A stretch of DNA of 55,870 nt from a bacterium (GTDB lineage: Bacteria > SZUA-182 > DTGQ01 > JAFGSM01). The notes below the pieces were generated by a model. It did not search any database and was not told where the DNA came from. It saw nothing but the letters and a program-made list of their open reading frames with translations. Numbering within the stretch: position 1 is the stretch's first letter; every line of letters starts with the position of its first letter. The DNA is taken from NCBI GenBank assembly GCA_049472355.1, contig JBLIRP010000011.1, forward strand, positions 1 to 55,870, written 5' to 3'. Shown in pieces: positions 7,788 to 16,447 of this stretch. Made by a program: the position numbers and the translations under genes.

Positions 7788-9578
7788 TTATGAGGGGCTG
7801 AATCCCAATGTATCCTGCAGTTCCTTTATTTTTATGGAATAGGGTAAACGGGTCGCAGCAATCGAAAGCGACTCTATCGCCTTCTCGATTTCACCCTGTT
7901 CCAGGTACATGGTTCCCAAATTCTGATGGATCAGGGCGAAGTTGGGGTCCAATTCCAGGCCCCTTTCCCAGTACTCACGCGCCTTTTGCCGGTTCCCGAT
8001 AAGATAGTGGAGGCCGCCGATGTTGTTGTAGGATTTGATATAGGTTGGGTCGTATTCTATGGCCATCTCGAAATATCGGATTGCCTTCCGGGGGTTCCCG
8101 GTACGATGAAAAAGGATACCGATATTGCCGTAGCTTGATGCGTAGTCATGTGAGGGATTCAGGCCCTTCCAGGGAAAGGAGACGATACAGAAGAAAAAAA
8201 TGCCGGCAAGCACCCATATGAATCCATGTGAATAGTCTTTTTCTTTAATGTAATTCACAAGCATAAAAAACGCATAAACCATGAAGATAATCAAAAGAGG
8301 GGTAATGGGCAGTCTATATCGTGACGTTACAAAAAACATTACCGTCGCGATCATGTGAGCAAAAATAAATAGAATGACAACAAAGGCATTGAAGATCTTC
8401 TTAGTGAGTGCCATCATGATTCCCAGAAGTCCCAATGACCCTGCAAACAGGAATGAAAACAGGGGTGTTTGTAAAATTCTCGAATACTGCCGTGCAAAAT
8501 AGATATTTTCGGCATTGGGGATCTCATAACGATTCCAGAAGTACAGCAGTTTTCGCAATAGTAGACTAATGTACGCCACGGGCCTTTCCTTGATAAATCG
8601 GCCTGATTCCTTAAACCAGAACTTACTTATCTCGGAGGGGCGCAGGGTTCGTTTCTCGTAATAGCTCGCGATCTTCTCTCCATTGAAGTCTTCAGCAAGA
8701 TCAAGGCCGGGTGGGTCCATGTACTGGCCCGTGGCCCAGGGATTATTCCCCTCATAAAAGGTTATGCCGGCATTGGCTGCAATTAACACGAAGTCCTTCC
8801 CTTTTATGTAATTGCGCACAGTGACCGGCAAGATAATCAGGAAGGTGCACACCAAGAAGATGGCCAAGGGATACACGAAACTATCCATTATATGAAGAGT
8901 CGTGGTCCTCCGCGCATCCCCTTTTTTCCGTCTCCATTCATACCGCGCCCTTAGTGCAAGGATGACCATCAGGAACGGGATGAACAGAAGAATGGTTGCC
9001 CTGGCCAGGGCGCTGATCCCAAGGGCTATCCCTGCCGATGCCCACAGCCATTTTTTATTACCCTCCAGGGCCTTCACAAGGATGATCAAAAAAACAAGAT
9101 AGAGGAATATGACCAGGGATGCCATGAGCACCATGCCGTTATAGAATATGGCCGGGGCATAGAAGGCCATGACAAAGGCGGACGCGACCGCCATCCAGAT
9201 ATGCTTGAACAGGATCATTGATAGATAGAAAACAAGAAGGCAGGTTATTGCCCCGATGATCGCCTGAACAATAAGGGCATATTTGATAGATGGGCCGAAA
9301 ACCGTAAAGATGAGTGCAAGAAAAAAGGGATACAGTGGCGATTGATGGTACACGGAAATAAACTCTTTGCCTGCGGCTATTGATTTGGCCCAGGCAACAT
9401 ATTGGCTTGAATCGGAGAGAAAATTAAACGGGATCTTTGATGCTGTAAAGGCAAAATTAAGGCGGATGATGAGGGCTATCCAGATTGTCACCGATACCGT
9501 GATCCACGGCCACATGGTGCTATAGGGGTCCTTGGCGGCATCACGTTTATTGGATGGCTTCTTTTTTATAACGTCCAT
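7788..9578 (-). CDS. GT-C fold (ArnT/PMT, GT39/83-like) membrane glycosyltransferase with C-terminal TPR repeats
   Basis: Multiple TM segments; SDSSQY..WA, PLYPFFLA, GISALARA, ITFYEGNNP and RYRLP motifs; TPR helices (YGNIG..., YNNIGG..., HQNLG...). Confidence 0.85.
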   Translation of the reverse strand: MDVIKKKPSNKRDAAKDPYSTMWPWITVSVTIWIALIIRLNFAFTASKIPFNFLSDSSQYVAWAKSIAAGKEFISVYHQSPLYPFFLALIFTVFGPSIKYALIVQAIIGAITCLLVFYLSMILFKHIWMAVASAFVMAFYAPAIFYNGMVLMASLVIFLYLVFLIILVKALEGNKKWLWASAGIALGISALARATILLFIPFLMVILALRARYEWRRKKGDARRTTTLHIMDSFVYPLAIFLVCTFLIILPVTVRNYIKGKDFVLIAANAGITFYEGNNPWATGQYMDPPGLDLAEDFNGEKIASYYEKRTLRPSEISKFWFKESGRFIKERPVAYISLLLRKLLYFWNRYEIPNAENIYFARQYSRILQTPLFSFLFAGSLGLLGIMMALTKKIFNAFVVILFIFAHMIATVMFFVTSRYRLPITPLLIIFMVYAFFMLVNYIKEKDYSHGFIWVLAGIFFFCIVSFPWKGLNPSHDYASSYGNIGILFHRTGNPRKAIRYFEMAIEYDPTYIKSYNNIGGLHYLIGNRQKAREYWERGLELDPNFALIHQNLGTMYLEQGEIEKAIESLSIAATRLPYSIKIKELQDTLGFSPS

Positions 9579-9686
9579 ATCCCATTGGACACAATGAAGA
9601 ATGAAAACTTTATAAAAAGGGGAAAAAAGTGGTACGCTCCTGCAAACAGTCTTCGTGATAAAAACAAGAAATCTTGTTTAAACGGC

Positions 9687-9714
9687 ATGATATCATAACG
9701 TTGAGCCTTGTCAA
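9687..9714 (-). promoter_or_regulatory. Possible sigma70 promoter for the GT-C/TPR gene
   Basis: Minus strand TTGACA-N16-TATCAT about 110 bp upstream of the start. Confidence 0.4.
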
Positions 9715-9879
9715 TAATGAACGCCGCTTGTGTGTTTTCAAATCACTACCTCGATTTCTTCAGTCAGATAGTTCAATAAAGGCAACCGCTCCGGATTGCT
9801 CCGGTTCCTATTTGGTGTAACCGCGTAATAAATTTAAGTCGGCAAGGAATACGAAGATCTTGCAAGGAGATCTGCGGGC

Positions 9880-12729
9880 TCATTGAGACGAACCCTCCTC
9901 GGTCACCGTGCCCCCCTGCTGGATGAACTTGATCCTCCGGTCGCGGGGCAGTATGCGCACGGACATGCTCCGTTTCTGTCCTGGGGCGAGTTCGAACGTA
10001 TCGCCTCCATGTTCCACGTAATGGTATTGCGGCAGATAAGAGATGGGGATGGTCAGCGTCCAGGTGCCGGGCTTGAGGTCTTCGAAGGAAAACCTTCCGT
10101 GGGAACCAGTGAGACAGCGATGGGTGTCCGAGCCGTTCGTCAACTCCACGACCACGTTTTCCAGTCCATCCTTCTCCACGAGCTTCTGCTCCTTGTTAAA
10201 AAGCACCTCGTCTCCCTCCCAGGTATAGAGGAGTACCTGGCCCGCAAGGGAGGCGCTGCGGATCATCGGTATCTCTACCAGGGTGTCCTTGCCTCCTTCC
10301 ACGCTCACGCTCATGGGCATCTTCACCATGGGTATGGTATTCGGGTCCAGCCCGGTCCGGTCGAGTCCCAGGTATAAGTCTCCCGGCTGCACGGAGGGAA
10401 AAAAGAAGCGTCCCCTTCTATCGGTGACCGCATCGGCCCCGCTGAGGTTGAGGACGATATTGGGGACCCCTTCACCCATTTCGTTTGAAAATATCTCTCC
10501 CTTGATACCGCCGATATCCCTTCTCCTTTTTATGGGTAAGCCGAAGGGGATTGTATATTCGAGCATAACCAGGGTTTCGTCGTTTCTCCCCGGCTCCCCG
10601 TATGCGATGTGACGTCCTAACGCGGAAAGCCTGGTGCGGTTTTTGTTCACATGATCCACAATAATCTCGAGGAATTCACGCCCATCATCCGATTCCCTGT
10701 ACTCATTGACCTGATAGTTCAGGTTCAGCGAGGTCCTCTTCAGGAGACGGTAATGCATCCCCACCCCGGTGGTCATTCGGTTTCGGGGGATTCCCGAAAC
10801 CTCTTTGTCGCTGTCCCAGTAAAGATATCCCTTACAGGTGAATGCATCCGTGGGCCTGAAGAATGCCGAGAGCATGTAGTGCTGCGAACCGACCGCCCGG
10901 TCATCCAGCCGGTCCCCGGTCCTGCGGAATTCCGCCGATGAAAAGAGGTTCATGCGTGCCAGATTGTACCACATACCGATGGAGACGCCGTTTTCACGGT
11001 AATCGGAAACAGGGCTCGGAAGGCGATCCGTGCGCTCATGGTAGCGCCAGTCCAGGGAGAGATCGACCTGCCGTGTCGGGCGGAACTTGAGACCAAGACC
11101 GTGTGCGGTGTCCCGAAACGAGGAGCCGCGATTGGGGTCCTTATCCAGGTTGTTCAGGTCCCTCCGGAAATAGGCATTCAGAGAAAGCTGATCGGAGAGG
11201 GAAAGGGTGAAACCGGTTGAGAACATATCGGCATCCTTGTAGTAGCCCTTGAAGTCAGGGTCCGCATGGATGAATTTAAGATGGTAGAACGTGCGCGTCC
11301 GATAGCCGGAGCATTTGAGCAGATAGGCATGATCGCTACCTGTTGTTCCGTATTCAGCCTCCACATCCATGTCCTTCATGGGTTTTGATATGCCATGGAG
11401 GCTTACGATTCCCTCGCCTTCACCCCCATCCTCCCCTTTATGAAGATAATTGAGGGCGATGTGCTGGTTTTCGCGAAAGGCATAGCCCACATGCCCTGCG
11501 GTCTGTTGCCGCTCCGGGATCAATCTGCGGGTCTTCATGTGGTAGGCGCTGAGGGTGAACCTTCCATCCGACCGATTACCCATGATGCCTCGTCCGTACA
11601 GGTAATTTTCCGTCAGCGGGGAAAGGGAGAAGACCCTGTCCCCGAGATAGACTTCGTGACCGGAGGTCCGGTAGCCGAAAAGGTATTCATCATAGTCGGA
11701 ATAGATCGATTCATAGCCGTGATCAGGTACTGTCATATGATACTCCACCTGATGCACGCCCGCCTCGTCGATGCTCCCCCTGCCTGAGATATCCGCCTGA
11801 AAACCGGTGGTGTCCTCTCCCTCCTGTTCGGTCGCCCATCTTAGGGTGATTTCTCCGGGGATCCGGTGATACCGGTCGTTGTGCAGACTTATCCTGGGAA
11901 CGATCTCCGCGGAGGCCAGGGCATGCACCCTGACATTCGGGTCCTCGATGACCTCGGCGACAAGATGCATATTCACCTTGGTGCGACTCGCTGTTTCCCG
12001 CTCGGTCACCCCGGTCACCATGACCTCGCCTGCCTCGCCCGCACCGAGCTTGAGCTGGTTCACGTCCACGGTCATCGGAAGATCATCGCTGCAGTTCACC
12101 ATGATCCGCACGTTTGCCTCCACATTGCTCTCGTTCGTCACTGCAAAGGCAGCCCGGTACTCATGCCCGGCAATGACATACTCGGGGGAATGGAGCACCT
12201 CGGCCTTGATCCTGATGAGAGGGATGACCCTGACGAGGATCGTATATGCGTCGCTCATGGAGGGGACCTCCCTGTCCTCCACCAGGTAGGTGACCTCATA
12301 GGCTCCGGCCAGGGCCGACTGGGGAACGAAAAAACTCACAAAATGGATATCGCTTGCCGATGCATCCAACTCGAAGGGAAATCCCTTGGTGAGGGGAATC
12401 CAACCGGGCGGAAGCCGGATCTCCGGGACGAACTCCCGTCTCTCCGTGCCCTTGTTGGTGACCCTGAAGGTGGTGGCGACAACGCTGCGGGGTAAAACGA
12501 GGAAAGCCTCTTCCTGATTGGGCCGCACCTCGATCCACCGCTCGGATGCCTCAAGGCCGGCCCCGGCCAAAAGGAGGACGAGCAGTGAGAGAACTATCCA
12601 CTTTACATAGGGAGGTAACACATCCCTTTTTTTTCTCGTTTCATAACCAACCATGCCGATTGATGATCCATTGTCCGTTTTCTCGAAAGTTCTTTCCCCA
12701 TTTGCAGCCTTGTTCGACACTGCAGGCAT
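9880..12729 (-). CDS. Usher-like outer-membrane protein: N-terminal Ig/NEW3-like domains, beta-barrel, two C-terminal carboxypeptidase-regulatory/SdrD-B-like domains
   Basis: 949-aa ORF; the true start is probably downstream, ahead of the signal peptide WIVLSLLVLLLAGAGLEA. FRVTNKG..LPPGW and VTNESN Ig-like motifs, long amphipathic beta-strand region, TDRRGRFFFPSVQPG and TGSHGRFSFEDLKPGTWTL repeats. Confidence 0.7.
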   Translation of the reverse strand: MPAVSNKAANGERTFEKTDNGSSIGMVGYETRKKRDVLPPYVKWIVLSLLVLLLAGAGLEASERWIEVRPNQEEAFLVLPRSVVATTFRVTNKGTERREFVPEIRLPPGWIPLTKGFPFELDASASDIHFVSFFVPQSALAGAYEVTYLVEDREVPSMSDAYTILVRVIPLIRIKAEVLHSPEYVIAGHEYRAAFAVTNESNVEANVRIMVNCSDDLPMTVDVNQLKLGAGEAGEVMVTGVTERETASRTKVNMHLVAEVIEDPNVRVHALASAEIVPRISLHNDRYHRIPGEITLRWATEQEGEDTTGFQADISGRGSIDEAGVHQVEYHMTVPDHGYESIYSDYDEYLFGYRTSGHEVYLGDRVFSLSPLTENYLYGRGIMGNRSDGRFTLSAYHMKTRRLIPERQQTAGHVGYAFRENQHIALNYLHKGEDGGEGEGIVSLHGISKPMKDMDVEAEYGTTGSDHAYLLKCSGYRTRTFYHLKFIHADPDFKGYYKDADMFSTGFTLSLSDQLSLNAYFRRDLNNLDKDPNRGSSFRDTAHGLGLKFRPTRQVDLSLDWRYHERTDRLPSPVSDYRENGVSIGMWYNLARMNLFSSAEFRRTGDRLDDRAVGSQHYMLSAFFRPTDAFTCKGYLYWDSDKEVSGIPRNRMTTGVGMHYRLLKRTSLNLNYQVNEYRESDDGREFLEIIVDHVNKNRTRLSALGRHIAYGEPGRNDETLVMLEYTIPFGLPIKRRRDIGGIKGEIFSNEMGEGVPNIVLNLSGADAVTDRRGRFFFPSVQPGDLYLGLDRTGLDPNTIPMVKMPMSVSVEGGKDTLVEIPMIRSASLAGQVLLYTWEGDEVLFNKEQKLVEKDGLENVVVELTNGSDTHRCLTGSHGRFSFEDLKPGTWTLTIPISYLPQYHYVEHGGDTFELAPGQKRSMSVRILPRDRRIKFIQQGGTVTEEGSSQ

Positions 12730-12956
12730 GCAATAAAGCCTGCGCAGATGAGTGCGTGAATCGTCCGATTCATGTCAGGTCCAATTTGCCAGATATACGC
12801 ACAGGAGCATCAGGCTGCTTATTACCGCGATTACGAGACTGTTATTGAGCATCGGAATCGTCCTTTCGTGGTAATTGCCCGATACCTTGCCGGAATGTGG
12901 ATACGCCCTCTCTGCAATGCATCGGGCATTTACGTTCCCGGCCTCCCGACCAGCAG

Positions 12957-12997
12957 AAAAAAAGGGCAGGTCTTCACAAGTCCTGCCCTTTTTTTTT
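12957..12997. terminator. Intrinsic (bidirectional-type) terminator just downstream of the major pilin-like gene
   Basis: AAAAAAAGGGCAGG-TCTTCACAAGT-CCTGCCCTTTTTTTTT, 11 bp after the stop at 13009. Confidence 0.9.
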
Positions 12998-13008
12998 ACG
13001 TTCCGTTA

Positions 13009-13509
13009 TTACGAAGCCGTGAGTGTAAAGGTGACCGTATGCACATCCGAGCCGGTTCCCTGGGCTGCGGTAGCGCTCGCCGAATAGGTCAGGGTTGCTC
13101 CTCCCAGTTCGGTGGCCACCCCGGTGATAAAATCCGACGCACCCGCTCCGTGGGTAAGGGTAATCGCTGGTCCCGGTTCGATACCGCCACCGAGTGTTAC
13201 GGCAGCATCAACGGTAAGTGAGAATAACTGAGGCGGCACCGCCACACTGGTTTCCACGGTTATCTTTCTGGCCGTCTGGTTTGTGGTCCAATCAAGCGAG
13301 CAGGTAGAATCAGTGTCATCGGTGGGATTGCTCCCCGCAACTGCAGTGTCGATAGTGAGGGTGATGTTCCCGCCGGTGATGGCAAGCTCATTGATTGCAG
13401 CAACGGTTACCGTTACCTGGTGAGAGTCATTATCGGCGGTGTATGAAACCTCTGCCAGGGTGAACACGATGATTACTGCCACGACAAAAATCGCTATCTT
13501 CTTCAACAT
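13009..13509 (-). CDS. Secreted pilin-like subunit (putative major fimbrial subunit)
   Basis: 166 aa, Sec signal, Thr/Ala/Gly-rich beta protein, N-terminal HQVTVTV and C-terminal HTVTFTL strands. Strong GGAGGG RBS and own terminator. Paralog of 15241..15726. Confidence 0.7.
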   Translation of the reverse strand: MLKKIAIFVVAVIIVFTLAEVSYTADNDSHQVTVTVAAINELAITGGNITLTIDTAVAGSNPTDDTDSTCSLDWTTNQTARKITVETSVAVPPQLFSLTVDAAVTLGGGIEPGPAITLTHGAGASDFITGVATELGGATLTYSASATAAQGTGSDVHTVTFTLTAS

Positions 13510-13788
13510 GTAGGTTCCCTCCTGTTCATGTCAGGTAAAACGAGTGTTAGCTTGAAGAGCCACCTGCAAATTATACAGCGATTCCAGGGCTTCGTCCGGT
13601 AACTGCTGCTTCATCCCCCCTTTTGGTTATGTGGTTACTTTTCAAACTCGATGTATCTTTATCCCTAACCATCTCTTTTAATGCAGTTATAAAGAATAAC
13701 CGCCATTATACTGAGAAATCCCCCCCGTTCTCCCCATTTTAGTTATATTCGGTCATTTCGATTCTTTTCATCGAGAGCATCCTTTTAA

Positions 13789-13998
13789 GGTGTCGGGGGC
13801 AATTGATTCTTGAGGTAAACTCTATTTATTGATTATTATGACGATGTCGGGGACATCATTCCTTGATGTACATTCTATTTATTGATTATTGTTATGATGA
13901 TGTCGGAAAGCACTATTCCTTTATATGCGTTCTATTTATTGATTATTATGGCGGTGTCGGGACATCGTTTGTTGATGTACACCCTATTTATTGATTAT
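13789..13998. repeat. Four-unit degenerate ~54-bp tandem array whose invariant core is the 3' end of the chaperone-like gene
   Basis: Invariant CTATTTATTGATTAT at 13822, 13875, 13932 and 13984 (periods 53/57/52). Intervening segments are mutually related and carry GRTGTCGG. Confidence 0.9.
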
Positions 13999-14805
13999 GA
14001 GGTTGTAGGTAGCCCCGAATATGTCATCGCCGCCGCAGTCTGCGACGACCAGGGCCTTGTAGGAATCGGGCGCGGGTGATCCCAGGTCGGTCTTGAATCG
14101 CACCGACGTGCCCGGATAGGTGCGCAGTTGTCCCCCTTCGAACTTGCCGACACACACGCCCTTGCCGGTATACAGCTCAACCGACAGGAGCGGCCTGAGG
14201 TAGCGCTCGCCCACATTCTCCACATCCACCCGGAGGATCTTCTTTCCCTCTTCGGTGACAAGCCTTACGTCCTGAAACTTCAGCATACGCTCGCCGGTTT
14301 CCTGAATATGGGTGGCAATCTGGATACCGTAGCGAAAAACCTGTCTCACCCCGATCGAAAGGTCCCTCTTTTGGGCCATGCTGGATTCAGGGGAATCCGG
14401 GGTGATCGGCTCCACCATGATCATGCTCCAGTAGGTGCCGGTCAATTTATCCTTCTCAGGTACCTTCACCGTGTAGCGAACGACCTCCTGCTGCTTGGGA
14501 GCAACCATGAACCGCTTCGGATGAAAGGAGATCCACTGCGCATTGGAGCGGGAGGCCTTTCCCGGTTCGCCATAGAGATTTCCGCCGTTACAGAAGAAGA
14601 GGTAATCCGTCTGATACAGCTTGACCTCCTGAACCTTTTCCCCCTTATTCTGTACGACGATCTCCCCTTCGCAGGTCTCACCGGGACCGGCCGCATGCTC
14701 ATGGCTCAGTTCCCCCAGGACGCTTATCTGGGCATCTGCGGTCGAAATGAGACCCATGAGGGCAAGAACCACACATATCGTCACGATTCGTCTCTTCATC
14801 ATCAA
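13984..14805 (-). CDS. Periplasmic chaperone-like (PapD-like two-Ig-domain) protein
   Basis: 273 aa with signal peptide. VQNKG, SNAQWISFHP, YTVKVP, GTYWSMIMVEP, RYGIQI and VENVGERYLRP resemble fimbrial chaperone/PapD-like proteins. Flanked by two pilin-like genes. Confidence 0.65.
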   Translation of the reverse strand: MMMKRRIVTICVVLALMGLISTADAQISVLGELSHEHAAGPGETCEGEIVVQNKGEKVQEVKLYQTDYLFFCNGGNLYGEPGKASRSNAQWISFHPKRFMVAPKQQEVVRYTVKVPEKDKLTGTYWSMIMVEPITPDSPESSMAQKRDLSIGVRQVFRYGIQIATHIQETGERMLKFQDVRLVTEEGKKILRVDVENVGERYLRPLLSVELYTGKGVCVGKFEGGQLRTYPGTSVRFKTDLGSPAPDSYKALVVADCGGDDIFGATYNLIINK

Positions 14806-15240
14806 CCCCTTTTCATGGTTGTTTTTTTATGCGTTGTTCATCGACCTATCATTCATTCGGGCACTCACCATGTTTCATGGTGAGTGATCGATGCATACTC
14901 AGATACATCCATGCATCTCTAAACTCGGGTGATCGTTTCAAGAGATATTTACTTATCGGTAAGTGTTTTTAAAGGGGATGGAACCGATGAAACCTTGTCC
15001 GAGGGAAGTCGCTGTTGCTGACTATATACGATGAAACGCTCATGAGCCTGATGAAACTGCGAATATCGAATGTAGAATGTAGAAGTGAAACGCAGATGAG
15101 ACTTCGGCTCACAAAGAAGCATGAAAATGACCCAAAGGGGATTTTCAGATGAAAGAGGATCCCTTAGTAATTTATCGTATGGAAATGCATCAGGGGCAAA
15201 GGGGACTGATTGAACGGCCGCTTCTTGCAGTGCCCTCCGT

Positions 15241-15726
15241 CTACGAATCGCTCAGGGTATAGGTGACGGTATGGGTATCGCACCCCTGTTCATCCGCTTC
15301 CGGGACATCCACCGTGTAGCTGACATCGCACCTCCCGGTTGTCCTGGATATACCGGTAACAAAGTCATTGGAAGCGGTGCTCAGGGTGGTTTCAGGCGCC
15401 GATGCCCCTCCGGTGACATTGCGAGCTGCCGCCTTCAGGGGGAATTGCGGTGAATGGAGATCCGAGGCAACGGTGATCTTCTGATCGGCCTGGTTCGAAG
15501 TCCACACCAGGTCACAGGAGGTCTCGTCCTTTGCCCTCAGCGAATCCGGATCAGAGGCGTCCGGTCTGACCAGGAGGGTTACATCGTCCCCGGTGAGGCC
15601 GATTTCATTGATCGGCTCAACCTTCACCGTTACGGTGTGGGTGGCGATGTTGCCTGCAAGGGATACTGCCGGAAAACAGAATACAAGAGACAGTGAAATC
15701 AGGGAGACCATCAATTGCATCACCAT
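15241..15726 (-). CDS. Second pilin-like subunit (paralog of 13009..13509)
   Basis: Shares H.VTV.V..INE, C.L.WT.NQ...KITV, DF.TG and HTVT(Y/F)TL with the 166-aa protein. Signal peptide and AAGAGG RBS. Confidence 0.7.
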   Translation of the reverse strand: MVMQLMVSLISLSLVFCFPAVSLAGNIATHTVTVKVEPINEIGLTGDDVTLLVRPDASDPDSLRAKDETSCDLVWTSNQADQKITVASDLHSPQFPLKAAARNVTGGASAPETTLSTASNDFVTGISRTTGRCDVSYTVDVPEADEQGCDTHTVTYTLSDS

Positions 15727-15800
15727 GCGAAATCCCTCTTCTTTTTGTTATCAAATTTTCGTTTCCTTACTGCATTGTCCATATATGGCCGGATCAAAAA

Positions 15801-15816
15801 AGCATAATCTTTGCCA
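15801..15816 (-). promoter_or_regulatory. Sigma54 (-24/-12) promoter candidate for the fimbrial-like cluster
   Basis: Minus strand TGGCAAAGATTATGCT has exact GG-N10-GC spacing, about 75 bp upstream of the first gene, with an AT-rich tract further upstream (~15920-15947). Confidence 0.6.
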
Positions 15817-16228
15817 TTCCCGTCTGTGATATTGTGGAGATGCCCCTCTCTATTTCCCGGTCCCTGTCCGGGGGCAGCGCTGGCTCCAACATCCTCCATC
15901 ACAGCCTGTTATCCTTCATGATAATATATTTTATTTCAATTAGTTAAGCATGAAGGTTACATGATGGCACTTGTGTTTCGTAAAAATTCGAGTCAACCGA
16001 CAATGGAATTGCCAGGCGAGAGGGATTGCAGGCCAGGAGATCAAAGAGGCAAAACATATTGATGGATTTATGTAATCTTTTTCACAAGAGCCGATTCTTA
16101 GGAATTGTGTTTCACAATAATGTACCTGTGAGAACGGAGCGAGGCGAGGCGCCGATAATAGTGCTTCTTAAAAGCCGTAAGGCATGCTTTATTTTTAAAC
16201 CGAAACAAATCTTAGAGGTAACCGGGAT

Positions 16229-16438
16229 GGTAACATAGCGGATTCGTTCCGCATGACGAAGTTTGGGTGCGAGGCCTGGGCCTTTACGTTACTCCAGAGG
16301 GCAACATAGTGCTTCGCTTCGCCTGACAAGTTTGGATAGTGCTCCGCTTCGCTTCGCCTGACAAGTTTGGATTCAGGGCCTTTATGTTACTCCAGAGGGC
16401 AACATAGTGCTCCGCTTCGCTTCGCCTGACAAGTTTGG
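16229..16438. repeat. Modular REP-like repeat cluster (b-A-B-B-A-B)
   Basis: A = GGGCCTTTAYGTTACTCCAGAGGGCAAC (16278-16305, 16376-16403). B = ATAGTGCT(CCGCT)TCGCTTCGCCTGACAAGTTTGG (16306-16335, 16336-16370, 16404-16438). Degenerate b at 16229-16266. Confidence 0.9.
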
Positions 16439-16447
16439 TATGAGGGG

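Noticed and set aside
13789..13998. CRISPR array interpretation of the ~54-bp array
   Set aside because: The invariant part is only 15 bp, the 'spacers' are homologous to one another, one repeat is the end of a CDS, and there are no cas genes in the window.
15965..15980. Plus-strand sigma54 promoter TGGCAC-TTGTG-TTTCG
   Set aside because: Lacks the -12 GC, and no credible plus-strand gene follows.
16229..16438. CRISPR array interpretation of the modular repeat
   Set aside because: There are no unique spacers; the modules are directly adjacent or separated by a repeated module.
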